Notes: generated by a model not told the origin, from the sequence alone. Positions 20,511 through 30,962 are shown, numbered from the stretch's first letter. The stretch is 64,000 nt of DNA from an uncultured Pseudomonadales bacterium (GCA_964414895.1 CAYPXO010000003.1:12284-76283), one strand, 5' to 3'. Numbers and translations: made by a program.

Positions 20511-20901
20511 TCTTTACGCCTTCGATCTTTTTTAATCTTTTGTCAAAAGAATAGACTTTTGGATAATCTCCTTTTATTGCTAAAGCACAAAGATAAGCAT
20601 CAACAAAAGAAATATTATAATTGCGATAAATGTCAATCGCTTTTTTTAAAACAGCCCTGTTTAATTTAAATTTTTCAAAAGAGAGAATGCCTTCTAACTT
20701 TTCAATTACCTCATCTTTTTTTACTTTATAAAAGGAAAGCAATACCCAGACAATCTCTGTGAGAATAAAATCAGGAATTTCTAGCTCTTCTTTTTTTGCT
20801 TTTTTGAATAAATTTTCAATTTTTTCTGCCTGAGAGGGACTGTCTTTAGTCAGAAATCTAATAATAATATTAGTGTCCAGCAGCTTTGTTTTCTTTTTCA
20901 T
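20479..20901 (-). CDS. VapC/PIN toxin
   Basis: LLDTNIIIR, EIVWVL, SFVDAY, SFD. Confidence 0.88.
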   Translation of the reverse strand: MKKKTKLLDTNIIIRFLTKDSPSQAEKIENLFKKAKKEELEIPDFILTEIVWVLLSFYKVKKDEVIEKLEGILSFEKFKLNRAVLKKAIDIYRNYNISFVDAYLCALAIKGDYPKVYSFDKRLKKIEGVKINAEGFFGNN

Positions 20902-21133
20902 ACTTTTTAGCAATGAATTTTTCTAGAGTTTTATCTACTCTTTTATCGGAGTATTTTTTTCTTGTTTTTATACTTCCTTTAAGAGATAAAAAATTGACTG
21001 CTGGTTTTACGATTACTTCTTTTTTTCTTTTCAAAAAAGCTATCCGGTCAGAGGGAGAAAGACCAAGAAATTCCCTGATTTCTACAGGGATTGTTGCCTG
21101 CCCTTTTTGGGTAAGAGTAGAAATATAAGGCAT
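20870..21133 (-). CDS. AbrB/MazE-family antitoxin
   Basis: TLTQKGQATIPVEIREFLGL; upstream TTGACA-17-TATAAT. Confidence 0.9.
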   Translation of the reverse strand: MPYISTLTQKGQATIPVEIREFLGLSPSDRIAFLKRKKEVIVKPAVNFLSLKGSIKTRKKYSDKRVDKTLEKFIAKKYEKENKAAGH

Positions 21134-21251
21134 AGTAAGGAAATTATAGATACATTCTTACTTTTTGTCAAGAGGTATTACTTTTCAAAATAGCATTTTC
21201 AATCTTGGTAAGGATGTACATTTTAACCGATAGAGTTCAGCAAGATTGTTC

Positions 21252-22175
21252 TTAAATGTAGATCATCAAAATTGTTAAAGCTAACCAGAGGAAGCAAGTG
21301 ATAATGAGAGGCTTATCCGATAAAATGATTTTTTCCGGTGAGTCGCCCTGACCTTTTTGATAAAGTAACTGCAGATAGCGCATTACTCCATAGATAGCCA
21401 AAGGAACAGTTATCATTAACCACTTTTGGGCAATTAGAGTTTTCGGTAAATTGGCCATTATTGAAAGGAATTTGCCTTTTTCTGCTGCTGTTGGCTGGGA
21501 AAAAGTAAAAAGAGCATAGGTTAACCAGCTTGAGGTGGCAAACATAGAAATATAAAGGTCAAGCAGATTTTCCGGATAGGAAAGCAGAGAGCGGCGGTGT
21601 TTGGCGGCAACTTTTTTTAAAGCAATTAATTCCCATCGGCGTTTTCCTACGGCCAGAAATAAAGAGAAAGAAGTAACACAAAGAAGAAGCCAAACACCTA
21701 TGTGAGCATTGACGGCAACTGCCCCTGCCCAAACACGTAAAATAAAACCGCTGGCAATAAACAGAACATCCAAAATGGCAACGTTTTTAAAATAGAAACT
21801 GTAGGCAATATGGAGAATAAAATATAAAAAGCAAATTAAAAAGAAGAAGAAAGAAAGGTTGCTAGCCAGAAATAAAGAGAGAAAAAAACCACAGGTGATA
21901 GTAAAAAAGGCAATTGGAGGAGGCAGTTTGCCTGAAGCCAAAGGACGGCTTTTTTTAAAAGGATGGAATTTGTCTTGGGAGACATCCAAAAGATCATTAA
22001 ATATATAAATAGTTGAGGTTACTAAACAAAAGATGAAAAAAGCAGCCATAGAGAGAAGGAGTTTCTCGGGAATAAAAAGCCATCCAGAAAAAGCAATACC
22101 TACAAAAAGGCTAAGATTTTTGAGCCACTGTTTTGGTCGAGCGGAGATAAAAATCAGCTTGAAAATTTCAGCCAT
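21252..22175 (-). CDS. UbiA-family prenyltransferase (decaprenyl-phosphate phosphoribosyltransferase-like)
   Basis: RPKQWLKN, YIFNDLLD..QD..HPFKKSRPLASG, GKRR.EL. Confidence 0.88.
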   Translation of the reverse strand: MAEIFKLIFISARPKQWLKNLSLFVGIAFSGWLFIPEKLLLSMAAFFIFCLVTSTIYIFNDLLDVSQDKFHPFKKSRPLASGKLPPPIAFFTITCGFFLSLFLASNLSFFFFLICFLYFILHIAYSFYFKNVAILDVLFIASGFILRVWAGAVAVNAHIGVWLLLCVTSFSLFLAVGKRRWELIALKKVAAKHRRSLLSYPENLLDLYISMFATSSWLTYALFTFSQPTAAEKGKFLSIMANLPKTLIAQKWLMITVPLAIYGVMRYLQLLYQKGQGDSPEKIILSDKPLIITCFLWLALTILMIYI

Positions 22176-23209
22176 AGAAAAAATGCTCCCAGCAAACCTA
22201 TTATTATACTGATTGTATAAAGTTTTGCCAGAGAACTCAAATGAAGGGCGAGAATTCCCAGAACCAAAGTGACCAGCCAATAAAAAATAGCGATTTTTAT
22301 TTTACTCCATCCAAGGTGGAGTAATTTATGGTGCAGGTGTTGGGCGTCTCCCCAGACTGGCGAGTGGCCGGCTAGTAGGCGGCGGGTAATAGCAAAGAGA
22401 GCATCAGCAATAGGGATTCCCAAAACCATAACGGCTGTTCCTACTTTGGTAGTTGCTAGGATTGATAAAACAGCGAGCATAAAACCCCCAATTATCCCTC
22501 CTCCATAACCAGGCATTATTTTTTGGGGATAGAAGTTGAAAGGAAGAAAGCCGGCATAAGCACCAGCAGTAATAAAAGCGAGGATGGCTACTGGCCATTG
22601 AGTAATATCGGCGGAAAAGCGAAGACTTAAAAAACCAATTGTTAAGCAGGCAATAACTATAATTCCTGGTAGTTGTCCGTCAACTCCCTTTGACCAGTTT
22701 ATAAAATTCATGCAGGCTAAAATCCAAAAAAGAGCAAAAAGATCACTTAAAATCCAGATTTGCCTAGTTTTTCCAAAAAGAAAAATAGGGATTTGTGGTT
22801 GGTTTAAATGGATAATGCCATTGAAAGGATTGGTTATAAAAGGAATACCGATACCGCCGGCAACTACACAAAGAACGCTTAAAAAACCAAGCAAAAGCCG
22901 CAGATAAGGATTAAGATCAAAAATGTCATCCAAAAAGCCAGTTATCATCAAAATGCAAGCACCTAGAAGGATAGCTATAAGGTGTTTGTCAAAAGGCAGA
23001 AGGAAACTAGCGGCCAGAAAGATTGAGAGAAAGATAATAATTCCCCCTCCTCTAGGGACTGGATATTTGTGAACGACCTTAGGATGTTTTTTTCTTTGAG
23101 GGTCATCTAGCCAGCCAAACTTTTTGTATGTAAAAATAATGATAGGAGTGATAACTCCGGCAAAAATAAAAGAAATCAAAAAAGCACTGATTAATTGGAT
23201 AAAGTTCAC
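22154..23209 (-). CDS. MraY/WecA/TagO-family polyprenyl-phosphate HexNAc-1-phosphate transferase
   Basis: PRGGG, GFLDD, GVDG, NFYPQKIMPG, HLHH. Confidence 0.88.
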   Translation of the reverse strand: MNFIQLISAFLISFIFAGVITPIIIFTYKKFGWLDDPQRKKHPKVVHKYPVPRGGGIIIFLSIFLAASFLLPFDKHLIAILLGACILMITGFLDDIFDLNPYLRLLLGFLSVLCVVAGGIGIPFITNPFNGIIHLNQPQIPIFLFGKTRQIWILSDLFALFWILACMNFINWSKGVDGQLPGIIVIACLTIGFLSLRFSADITQWPVAILAFITAGAYAGFLPFNFYPQKIMPGYGGGIIGGFMLAVLSILATTKVGTAVMVLGIPIADALFAITRRLLAGHSPVWGDAQHLHHKLLHLGWSKIKIAIFYWLVTLVLGILALHLSSLAKLYTISIIIGLLGAFFLWLKFSS

Positions 23210-23228
23210 TATTAAAGACTTGCTTTTT

Positions 23229-23606
23229 CTATAAAGTTGTTAAAGATAAGATTTTGAAAAAAGCAACACTCAAAAGTAAAGCAATTAAAAAGTTAACAGA
23301 AACAAAAATTTTTGACAACAGTTTTTCTCTTTCAAAAAAGGCGGTTCCAATGCAGAGATTTACTGGCGTTAATATTAACAGAAGGGCCGGTATAAGAAAA
23401 AGCTTCTTCTTGGCAACCAGTTGGTCTTCTCCCCAAGGGCGGGTATAGAGAAGCGGAATTTGTGGGGGGATGTTTTTCCAAAGAAAGAGAAGAGTTGTGG
23501 TTTGCAGAACAATTAATACAAAAACTATTTTTATGTTCCAGAAAAAAAGATCGTCTTGAAGAATAAAGTTAAATTTTTTTTGTAAAAACAAGTTTGCAAG
23601 TTTCAT
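23229..23606 (-). CDS. DUF1648-like membrane protein
   Basis: IPPQIPL motif, three TM segments. Confidence 0.6.
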   Translation of the reverse strand: MKLANLFLQKKFNFILQDDLFFWNIKIVFVLIVLQTTTLLFLWKNIPPQIPLLYTRPWGEDQLVAKKKLFLIPALLLILTPVNLCIGTAFFEREKLLSKIFVSVNFLIALLLSVAFFKILSLTTL

Positions 23607-25108
23607 ATTTTTTTATAGACGGAGGCTCCTTGCTCTTCGGCTATTTTACAATAATTTTCTTTTATTATTTTTTCAAGCTCAACAAAAGATTTTTTCTCAG
23701 TAATAATTATTAAGGAAGGTTTTTTTTCTTTTATCGCTTTAATTGTTTCTTTTTGACCGTCAAAGTCGGATATATGATAGGCAACAGTATAGCGGCCGGG
23801 AGGGAGACGTTCGGTCATTGCATAAAGATAAGGCTCATTACCCCAGATGAAGATATAATCCCAGTCGTCAGTGAAGACTTTGATGAGATGGGCTAGTTTG
23901 TAGGTTCGGTTAACGCGCCAATCGAAAAAAGAAAAATATTTTTCTTTATCCTTTTGTCCAACTGTGAACTGGTAGAAATTTTGATAGTATTTTAATACGG
24001 GGTAGCGCCAAAATTGGTAATAAAAAAAGGAAAAGACCAAAATAAAGAGAACAAAAAGAGTAAATGTCTTTTCGCCCCTTTTTTTTCCAAAAAGAAAAAG
24101 GAGAAGAATGCTTAAAGGGGGAATAATTTGGATTAAATAATGTGGATATGGACGGCCGGATAGAAGAGCAGCAAAAAGGGCAAAAATAAACCAAAGGATG
24201 ATAAAAAGAAACTTTTTTGTCAACTTTTTTTTATAAACAAAGAGAGAAATGAGAACAATTGAAAAGAGGAGAAATCTTTGGGTAAAACCTGAAGAAAGAG
24301 AAATAAGTGCTTTATCTCCTTTATTTCCCCAAGAAGAGAGATAACCAACATTTTGTATAAAAGCGGCTTTCCAATATTGAAGAAGAGCTCCTTTTTGCCA
24401 GTAATAGAGAAAGCTCAGAGCTGGAAGAGCGATAAAGCCAAAAAGAAGAAAAGAGCAATTGAGAAATTGAGAAATTGAGAAATTGAGAAAAATCGTTAGA
24501 CCTTTTTTTAATTTAGAACCTGTCTTATAAACCTTACCCTTAAAGGATAAGTCAAAAAACAACAGAAAGGTCAAAGCCGCCAAAAAAGAAAAAACGGCTG
24601 GTGCTTTAAAAAGAAAGGCAAGACTAAACAAAACTCCTGACAAAAAATAATTTTTAATTTTGAATTGCGACTTTACATTTATTAACAATAGCATTGCCGC
24701 TGTAGTCGGCATGATCATAAAAATTTCTCCGTTGGGAATATTGCTTTCAAGGATTAAAGGGAGAACAACAAAAGCTAAAGAGGAGACTAAAGCAGGAAGA
24801 GTCTTTCTTAAGATTTTTCGGGACAACAAGTAGATCAAATAAATATTTACCAGGTTCCACCAAAGGAGAATAAAACGAAACCAAAACTGATGGGTGCTCA
24901 AAGCAGCTATTAGATAAAGCAAAGGGGGTTTGTTATCATGAATATCTCGGTAAAAGGTTAAGCCTTTTCTTAAAGCTGCTCCTAAAGTAAGATAAATTCC
25001 TTCATCTCCATACCAATAAGGTTCAAAGAGAGAAGGCAGGCGAAGAAGAAGAGCAAAGATAAGAATAGCGATTAAGCCTTTGGGGAGTTTTGAGAATAAA
25101 TGGGACAT
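23603..25108 (-). CDS. GT-C fold glycosyltransferase (ArnT/PMT-like)
   Basis: WYGDEGIY, DNKPPL, YPHY, multiple TM segments. Confidence 0.85.
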   Translation of the reverse strand: MSHLFSKLPKGLIAILIFALLLRLPSLFEPYWYGDEGIYLTLGAALRKGLTFYRDIHDNKPPLLYLIAALSTHQFWFRFILLWWNLVNIYLIYLLSRKILRKTLPALVSSLAFVVLPLILESNIPNGEIFMIMPTTAAMLLLINVKSQFKIKNYFLSGVLFSLAFLFKAPAVFSFLAALTFLLFFDLSFKGKVYKTGSKLKKGLTIFLNFSISQFLNCSFLLFGFIALPALSFLYYWQKGALLQYWKAAFIQNVGYLSSWGNKGDKALISLSSGFTQRFLLFSIVLISLFVYKKKLTKKFLFIILWFIFALFAALLSGRPYPHYLIQIIPPLSILLLFLFGKKRGEKTFTLFVLFILVFSFFYYQFWRYPVLKYYQNFYQFTVGQKDKEKYFSFFDWRVNRTYKLAHLIKVFTDDWDYIFIWGNEPYLYAMTERLPPGRYTVAYHISDFDGQKETIKAIKEKKPSLIIITEKKSFVELEKIIKENYCKIAEEQGASVYKKI

Positions 25109-25300
25109 ATAGCAATGTTAAAACAAAATGTCACCTTTGTCATTCTGAACTTGATTCAGAATCTATAGAAATAATTCAGCTTTAATATTTTTATAGATTC
25201 CCGATCTTGAAGCGCTTTCGCTTTCAGGTCGAGAATGACAAATGAGAAATAAAAAAGAGAAGGTTTTAAAAACCCGCCATTTTGTTTTTAAAGGGCTATA
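25108..25300. mobile_element. MITE-like element, copy 2 (inverted relative to copy 1), abutting the start codon of 23603-25108
   Basis: TA|tagcaatgttaaaacaaaatgtcacctttgtcatt ... aaaaacccgccattttgtttttaaagggcta|TA. Confidence 0.8.
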
Positions 25301-25372
25301 GTAAAATTCAAATTACAAATGTCAAATCAAAAATTATTTTTCTTTCTTGTTATGAATTTTGACTTTTGAATT

Positions 25373-26701
25373 TTAAATTTGCCGCTCCATCCACAAAAAA
25401 TAAAGACCGTCGATTTTTTTTACAGAACTAGTTTGGAAATTTTCAATTTTAACATCATTTGGCTGATCACTGGTAATTATTCCTATTCTCTCTAAATTTT
25501 CTGCAAGAGAATAAATAACATCACTTTCATCCATTAAAGCAGTTCCCACATAGAAAGGCAGTGGGCCACCAGGGGAATAGATGGGGGCAGGAATATCATA
25601 ATATTTTGCTTCCCAAAGGTGATGGGCTTTGCCGTTATAGTTGATTATTAAAAAAGGAGTTTGAGATGGAGTGTTGAGCTTTATGTATTCGGCCATTTGG
25701 CGAAAAGGTTTTTTAGTCGGCTGAAAAAAATAGCGGATATCAAAGTAGCCCCAGAGGCAAATGAGAAAAGCAATAAAAACAAGAGAAATTTTTCTTCTCT
25801 GAGAAGCTAGTAGAAGAATTAAACCAGGGATTACATAAAGCAGGTAGCGGTCATAAAAGATAGAGGATTTAATATGGGAGATAATGAAAGTTAAAATTAC
25901 TGGCAGGGTAAGCCAAAGAGAAATTAGAGACTCTTTGTTTTTTGTGCTTTTGCCAAAAAAGGGCCAGCGGCGTAAAGCGAGAATTATTAAAGCAAGGTAT
26001 GAAACTATTTTTTTACAATCAGCGCTTTGCCCAAGAGCAAGGAAGCTTTGCCAAAGTTCATTTATAGATTTTAAAGTTGGTTTTGCCAGCCAAAAACCGC
26101 TTTGGACTAATGAGCTTTGGTAATACAATGGATAAAGCCAGGGAAGATAAAGGATAAATATAAAAAAATAAGGAAGGAATCTGTTTAATCTTTTTTTTGG
26201 TTTTTTAACAAACTCTTTGAAAACCCAGAGAAATTGGAGAAAGATAGCAAAAATAGAAAAGTGATGGGAGTATAAAGCGGCAGTTGCAGAGAGAACATAA
26301 AGAATCCAGTTTTCGGTTATAAAAAAATAGAAGCTCAGAGTGGTGGTAAAAGCTAGGATGGCATACATTCTTCCTTCGAAAGCATAAGAGAAAAGGAAAG
26401 GATTAGTAGCTGTCAGTAAAGCAGCAATAAGGGCTGTTTTTTTGCCCCAAAGGTATTTTGCCAAAAGAAAGATAGTAAGAACTGTGCCGATAAAAAAAGA
26501 GAAAGAAAGTGCTCTTATGGCTATTTCCGAAGTGCCGAAAAGCCTCATCCAAGCATGGCAACAGAAATAATAAAGAGGGGGAGAGGTGTCTTTGGAGACA
26601 ATTTTAACAATGTCAAGGAGGTTTTTTTGGCTCAAGACAGCAGCAAAACCCTCATCTCCCCAAAGGCTGGCGGTAAACTGGTTTTTGAAAAAGTCAATCA
26701 C
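25373..26701 (-). CDS. GT-C fold glycosyltransferase (PMT_2-like)
   Basis: SLWGDEGF, DTSPPLYY, EGRMY. Confidence 0.85.
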   Translation of the reverse strand: MIDFFKNQFTASLWGDEGFAAVLSQKNLLDIVKIVSKDTSPPLYYFCCHAWMRLFGTSEIAIRALSFSFFIGTVLTIFLLAKYLWGKKTALIAALLTATNPFLFSYAFEGRMYAILAFTTTLSFYFFITENWILYVLSATAALYSHHFSIFAIFLQFLWVFKEFVKKPKKRLNRFLPYFFIFILYLPWLYPLYYQSSLVQSGFWLAKPTLKSINELWQSFLALGQSADCKKIVSYLALIILALRRWPFFGKSTKNKESLISLWLTLPVILTFIISHIKSSIFYDRYLLYVIPGLILLLASQRRKISLVFIAFLICLWGYFDIRYFFQPTKKPFRQMAEYIKLNTPSQTPFLIINYNGKAHHLWEAKYYDIPAPIYSPGGPLPFYVGTALMDESDVIYSLAENLERIGIITSDQPNDVKIENFQTSSVKKIDGLYFLWMERQI

Positions 26702-26756
26702 AATTAAAGTTTAGCAGGAGAGGAGTTTTTCTTCAATATTATTTCCTTCTGGCTTT

Positions 26757-28259
26757 TCACTTTTCAGGGGAAACTTTTTCCGTTACCCGATAGTCAATAT
26801 ATTTGCCGAGCATGAGCCTGGTATGGGCGTCTATTCCGGGCAAGGCGCTGAAAAGAAAACCAACAACAGGTAAGAGAATAAATTCAAGAGGAGAAAGAAG
26901 TCTGCGAATTAAAGAAACCGACTTTGGTCTTTTTGGCCGCTGGCGCCAATCGATAATTATTATCATAAGCAGAGAGATTAAAGAGCAAGTGAGAATAGCG
27001 GAGGAAACTTGAGGAAGAGTTTTGCCCAGGATTGTGCGACTGAAGTCTTTGTTTAACAGAGGAGGCAGGGCGGCACCAATAGTGATGGCAAACCAGTTGA
27101 CCGGCCATAGAAAATGGTCCTCCAAAACCTTAAGAACTCTGAGGGTTTTTTGCCAGAAATTGATATCTTTGTTTGTTAACCAATTCCAAATAATATAGGC
27201 GTCGTCGGAAGCTCCCCAAGCCCAACGTTTAACTTGTTCATATTGGTTAAGAAAAGTTTTCCAGAATCTCGTTGATTCTGCGGCATCCTCGAAAACTGGC
27301 AAAAAAATCGGTTCGACTTCCACTTTTCCCTTGAGAGCAAAAAAACTTTTGAAAAAGAGGCGATAGTCTTCAGGAATAACGTCAGTGTCCCAAAAATCAA
27401 TTTTAATAATCATCGCAAGAGAAGTAGAGTAGGTGGAGAAATTTATTAACCTGTCTTTGCGCATGAGTAAGCCCATATGGACGACAGAAGAAGTGGTATT
27501 AAAAACTCTAGTAATCATTGGCACTTTCCAGATGTTATTGTAAAAGTTAACTGCTGGTTGGAAGATTTTGAAGTATCTTTTGGGATCATCGAGAAATTTG
27601 AAGGTTAGACAAGCCAAATAGTGGTGATGAAGGACAGCGTCGGCATCCTCGCTGGTAATTGTAATATAGGCAGGATCGAGTTTTTTTTCATCAACCAATT
27701 TTTTTTTGACAAACTTTGCCGCCCAGGAGGTATTTGAGGACTTACCTTTGACTTCGTCTTTAATGTCTGGATGGAAAGTAGTGTAAAAAAAGCCGAATTT
27801 TTTGGCAAACTGTTTAGTTAAGGTTTTTGCTTTCTTTTCTACTGGCTTACCTTCTCTTTTTTCGAAAGAGATAACGACGCAGATTTTTTCCAGAGGGTAA
27901 GTTTGTTTGATTAAGCCTTCCAGAGTTCTCCGTAGAGTATGTAGTGGTTCTTTGTAGGTAGGGATTATAATAATATGGTGGACTTTCTGCCAGTCGGGAA
28001 AGATTTTAACATCGCCGAGCCAGTCAAATTTCTGGTATGCTTTGATTTTAAACTGGGCCAAAAGAGCCAAAAAGGCAATAGAGGTAGAGCGGTAAAACCA
28101 GTAAACATCAAAGGCGATAATATAATAAGCAACAACTGAAGGGATAACCAAAGACCCCCAGAAAGGAAAGAGAATTAAAGACCAGGAGAAGGCTCCTGGC
28201 AGGATCTCCAGCATTCGGTGAATAGTCTTTTGGTGTTTGTAAAGGAATGATAGAAGCAT
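26757..28259 (-). CDS. Membrane GT2-family glycosyltransferase
   Basis: IPTYKE, GKSSN, DAD, PED, QVKRW. Confidence 0.88.
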   Translation of the reverse strand: MLLSFLYKHQKTIHRMLEILPGAFSWSLILFPFWGSLVIPSVVAYYIIAFDVYWFYRSTSIAFLALLAQFKIKAYQKFDWLGDVKIFPDWQKVHHIIIIPTYKEPLHTLRRTLEGLIKQTYPLEKICVVISFEKREGKPVEKKAKTLTKQFAKKFGFFYTTFHPDIKDEVKGKSSNTSWAAKFVKKKLVDEKKLDPAYITITSEDADAVLHHHYLACLTFKFLDDPKRYFKIFQPAVNFYNNIWKVPMITRVFNTTSSVVHMGLLMRKDRLINFSTYSTSLAMIIKIDFWDTDVIPEDYRLFFKSFFALKGKVEVEPIFLPVFEDAAESTRFWKTFLNQYEQVKRWAWGASDDAYIIWNWLTNKDINFWQKTLRVLKVLEDHFLWPVNWFAITIGAALPPLLNKDFSRTILGKTLPQVSSAILTCSLISLLMIIIIDWRQRPKRPKSVSLIRRLLSPLEFILLPVVGFLFSALPGIDAHTRLMLGKYIDYRVTEKVSPEK

Positions 28260-28458
28260 TACTCTTTACCTAAATAACATTTTCGCATTTTTTGTTGTTT
28301 GTGTCGCTACTTTTTTAAAAGAAGCCTTTTTAATTTTACCAATAAACTAACTCTTCAAATCTCTTCACTGAAGTCATAAATCCATTATACCTTAACCTTC
28401 TGAGCCTTTGAACTTTTTAAACTTATGAAACTTTTATTTGTTAATCAGAAAAAAGAAT

Positions 28459-29889
28459 TTATTTTAATCGCGGAAAGAGGGGTTTTTTTGGTGCTTTTAT
28501 TTTGTCAGCAGTGAAAATTTTTTCTATTTTTTCCGCTGTTTCCGGTAAAAATGGTTTTAACAAAAGAGCGATTTCCAAGATTCCCTTAATTGGTTTCTGT
28601 AAAATTTTTTCTAAATCTTTTTTTTCTTTTTCCCAAGGTTTTGTTTTATCTATATATTTATCTAAATTCCTAACTTTTTCCCAAAGCCAATTTAAACATT
28701 CATTGAACTTGTAATTTTTAAATAAGCGATTATATTTTTTATAATTTTGAATTTTAAATTTTAATTTGTAATTTGTCATTTGAAATTTTGAATTTTCTGC
28801 AAGCTTAGCTACTCTTTGGACTAAATTGCCTAGCCCATTTGCCAAATCGGCATTATAGACTTCTTTAAAGTGCTCGATAGTAAAATCGCCATCTGTAAAA
28901 GGAGGAATTTCTTTAAGGAGATAATAGCGAACAGCATCAGTGGCATATTTATCTACCAAATCAAAAGGATTAACAACATTTCCTAAGGATTTGCTCATTT
29001 TTTGCCCTGCTGAAGTAATAAAACCGTGGATTAAGATTTGTTTTGAGTTTGGCAAGCCGGCAGAAATTAACATTGCTTGCCACATAGCTGACTGTTGCCG
29101 CAGATTATCTTTGCCGGCCAGTTGTATTCCCGGCCACCAGCTTTTATATTCTTTAATTCTTTCTGGCCAGCCAAGAGCAGAAATATAATTAACCAGAGCA
29201 TCAAACCAAACATAGATAACCTGTTTAGGATCACCCGGAACTTTGATCCCCCAGGGCATTTTGCTTTTAAGACGGGAGATACTAAAGTCTTGCAAACCTT
29301 CAGTAACAAAGTTTTTAATTTCTTTCAAGCGATTTTTTGGGACGACAAAATTAGGATTTTTCTCATAAAGTTCTAAGAGAGCTTTTTTATACTTTGAAAA
29401 TCTAAAAAAGTAATTTTCCTCTTCAATTATTTCTAGCTCTTTATTAGGGTGAATTGGACATTTGCCGTCAATTAGCTCAGAGTCAGTTTTCTCCAGTTCG
29501 CAACCAACACAGTATTTAGCTTTATATTTTGCTTTATAAATATCGCCATTTTTGTAACATCTTTTCCAAAATTCTTGAGCGGCTTTTTTATGGTGATCAT
29601 CGGTAGTTCTGATAAAGTTGTTATAGCTTAAGTTTAGACCTTTCTTCAATTTAGAAAATTTAGCTGCGTATTTATCAACATAATCCTTGAGTTGTTTTTT
29701 TTCTTCTAAAGCTTTTTGGTAGATTTTGAGTCCATGCTCATCAGTTCCGGTGTTGAAAAACACTTCCTCACCACAGAGACGATGGTATCTAGCTAATAAA
29801 TCGGCTTGGATTATTTCCAGGGCAAAACCGATGTGTGGTTCTGCGTTCACATAGGGAAGGGTAGTTGTTATATAAAATTTCTTTCTCAT
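28459..29889 (-). CDS. metG: Methionine-tRNA ligase
   Basis: YVNAEPHIG, GTDEHG, YVWFDAL, KMSKS. Confidence 0.97.
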   Translation of the reverse strand: MRKKFYITTTLPYVNAEPHIGFALEIIQADLLARYHRLCGEEVFFNTGTDEHGLKIYQKALEEKKQLKDYVDKYAAKFSKLKKGLNLSYNNFIRTTDDHHKKAAQEFWKRCYKNGDIYKAKYKAKYCVGCELEKTDSELIDGKCPIHPNKELEIIEEENYFFRFSKYKKALLELYEKNPNFVVPKNRLKEIKNFVTEGLQDFSISRLKSKMPWGIKVPGDPKQVIYVWFDALVNYISALGWPERIKEYKSWWPGIQLAGKDNLRQQSAMWQAMLISAGLPNSKQILIHGFITSAGQKMSKSLGNVVNPFDLVDKYATDAVRYYLLKEIPPFTDGDFTIEHFKEVYNADLANGLGNLVQRVAKLAENSKFQMTNYKLKFKIQNYKKYNRLFKNYKFNECLNWLWEKVRNLDKYIDKTKPWEKEKKDLEKILQKPIKGILEIALLLKPFLPETAEKIEKIFTADKIKAPKKPLFPRLK

Positions 29890-30099
29890 ATGGCTAATTA
29901 TAGCAAAAAATAAAGCTTTTGTACTAATGTTGGAACCGGCAAGACTTAAAAGCAGAAGTGATAAGACTCACTGAATTTTCTTAAATTCCCCGTAAGCATC
30001 TTTTCTGTGTTGGACGTGATGTTTAGAATATATAAATTCATTACATTTATTATTACATAATAGTTGACATTTTATTGTTTGTATGCTAATTTATTAGCG

Positions 30100-30372
30100 A
30101 TGCCTGTTCAACCAGTAAATATTATTCCTATTACTCAAGCCAGAGGAAAACTTGGTATTCTGGCAGAAAAAACCAAAGGAGAGAATTATATAATTCTTAC
30201 TAAAAGTGGCAGTCCAAAAGCGGCCTTAGTTAATCTTGACTATCTAAATAAACTACAAGAAGATGTAGGAAAAATTTACAGAAAAACTTTTATTGATCCT
30301 TCTCTTCTTCCTCTTACGCGAGAATTTACTAAAAAAGAACTCGAAGAATGGCAAAAAGAAGATGAGCTTTAA
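30100..30372 (+). CDS. Phd/YefM-family antitoxin
   Basis: IPITQARGKL...ILTKSGSPKAALV. Confidence 0.8.
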   Translation: MPVQPVNIIPITQARGKLGILAEKTKGENYIILTKSGSPKAALVNLDYLNKLQEDVGKIYRKTFIDPSLLPLTREFTKKELEEWQKEDEL

Positions 30373-30787
30373 GATGAAAAAGCTTTTTGTTGACTCTAGT
30401 GTTTTTTTTATGGCGGTCAACTCTCCAACTGGTGGTTCAGCAAAACTTTTTACTCTCAAAAATATTAAACTTGTTACCTCTTTTTTAGTATTAACAGAAG
30501 TAGAAAGGAATGTTAGGAAAAAACTGCAAAATTATCATTTGGAAAGATTCTTTATGCTTGTTGCTAAAATAAAAATTCTCCCCCAGAGACCCAAAGAAAC
30601 TCTTATTCAAAAAGCCAGAAAAGTCATCGTAGCCAAAGATGCTGTTATTTTGGCCGAAGCAAAACAAGCAAAAACTAGCTTCCTGGTCACTCTTGATAGG
30701 AAACATTTTTTTACTGACAAAGCTAAAGATTTTCTAAAGCCACAAAAAATCGCTACCCCAAAAATGATTTTAGAAAAGATAAGATAG
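30362..30787 (+). CDS. PIN-domain toxin
   Basis: LFVDSSVF, KDAVILA, LVTLDRKHF. Confidence 0.85.
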   Translation: MSFKMKKLFVDSSVFFMAVNSPTGGSAKLFTLKNIKLVTSFLVLTEVERNVRKKLQNYHLERFFMLVAKIKILPQRPKETLIQKARKVIVAKDAVILAEAKQAKTSFLVTLDRKHFFTDKAKDFLKPQKIATPKMILEKIR

Positions 30788-30889
30788 TACTGTGCAAATT
30801 ATTCCCACGATTTAAGCGCCGATATTAAAAAAACAAGAGAAAAAAGGAGTGACCTTGCTGTTAATTTTTTAGTATAATGGACAATGGAA

Positions 30890-30962
30890 GGGCCAGTAGC
30901 TCAGGGGTTAGAGCACTACTCTTATAAAGTAGGGGTCGATGGTTCAAATCCATCCTGGCCCA
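30890..30962 (+). tRNA. tRNA-Ile(UAU)
   Basis: GGGCCAG/CTGGCCC acceptor stem; CTACT-CTTATAA-AGTAG anticodon arm; GGTTCAAATCC T arm. Confidence 0.93.
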
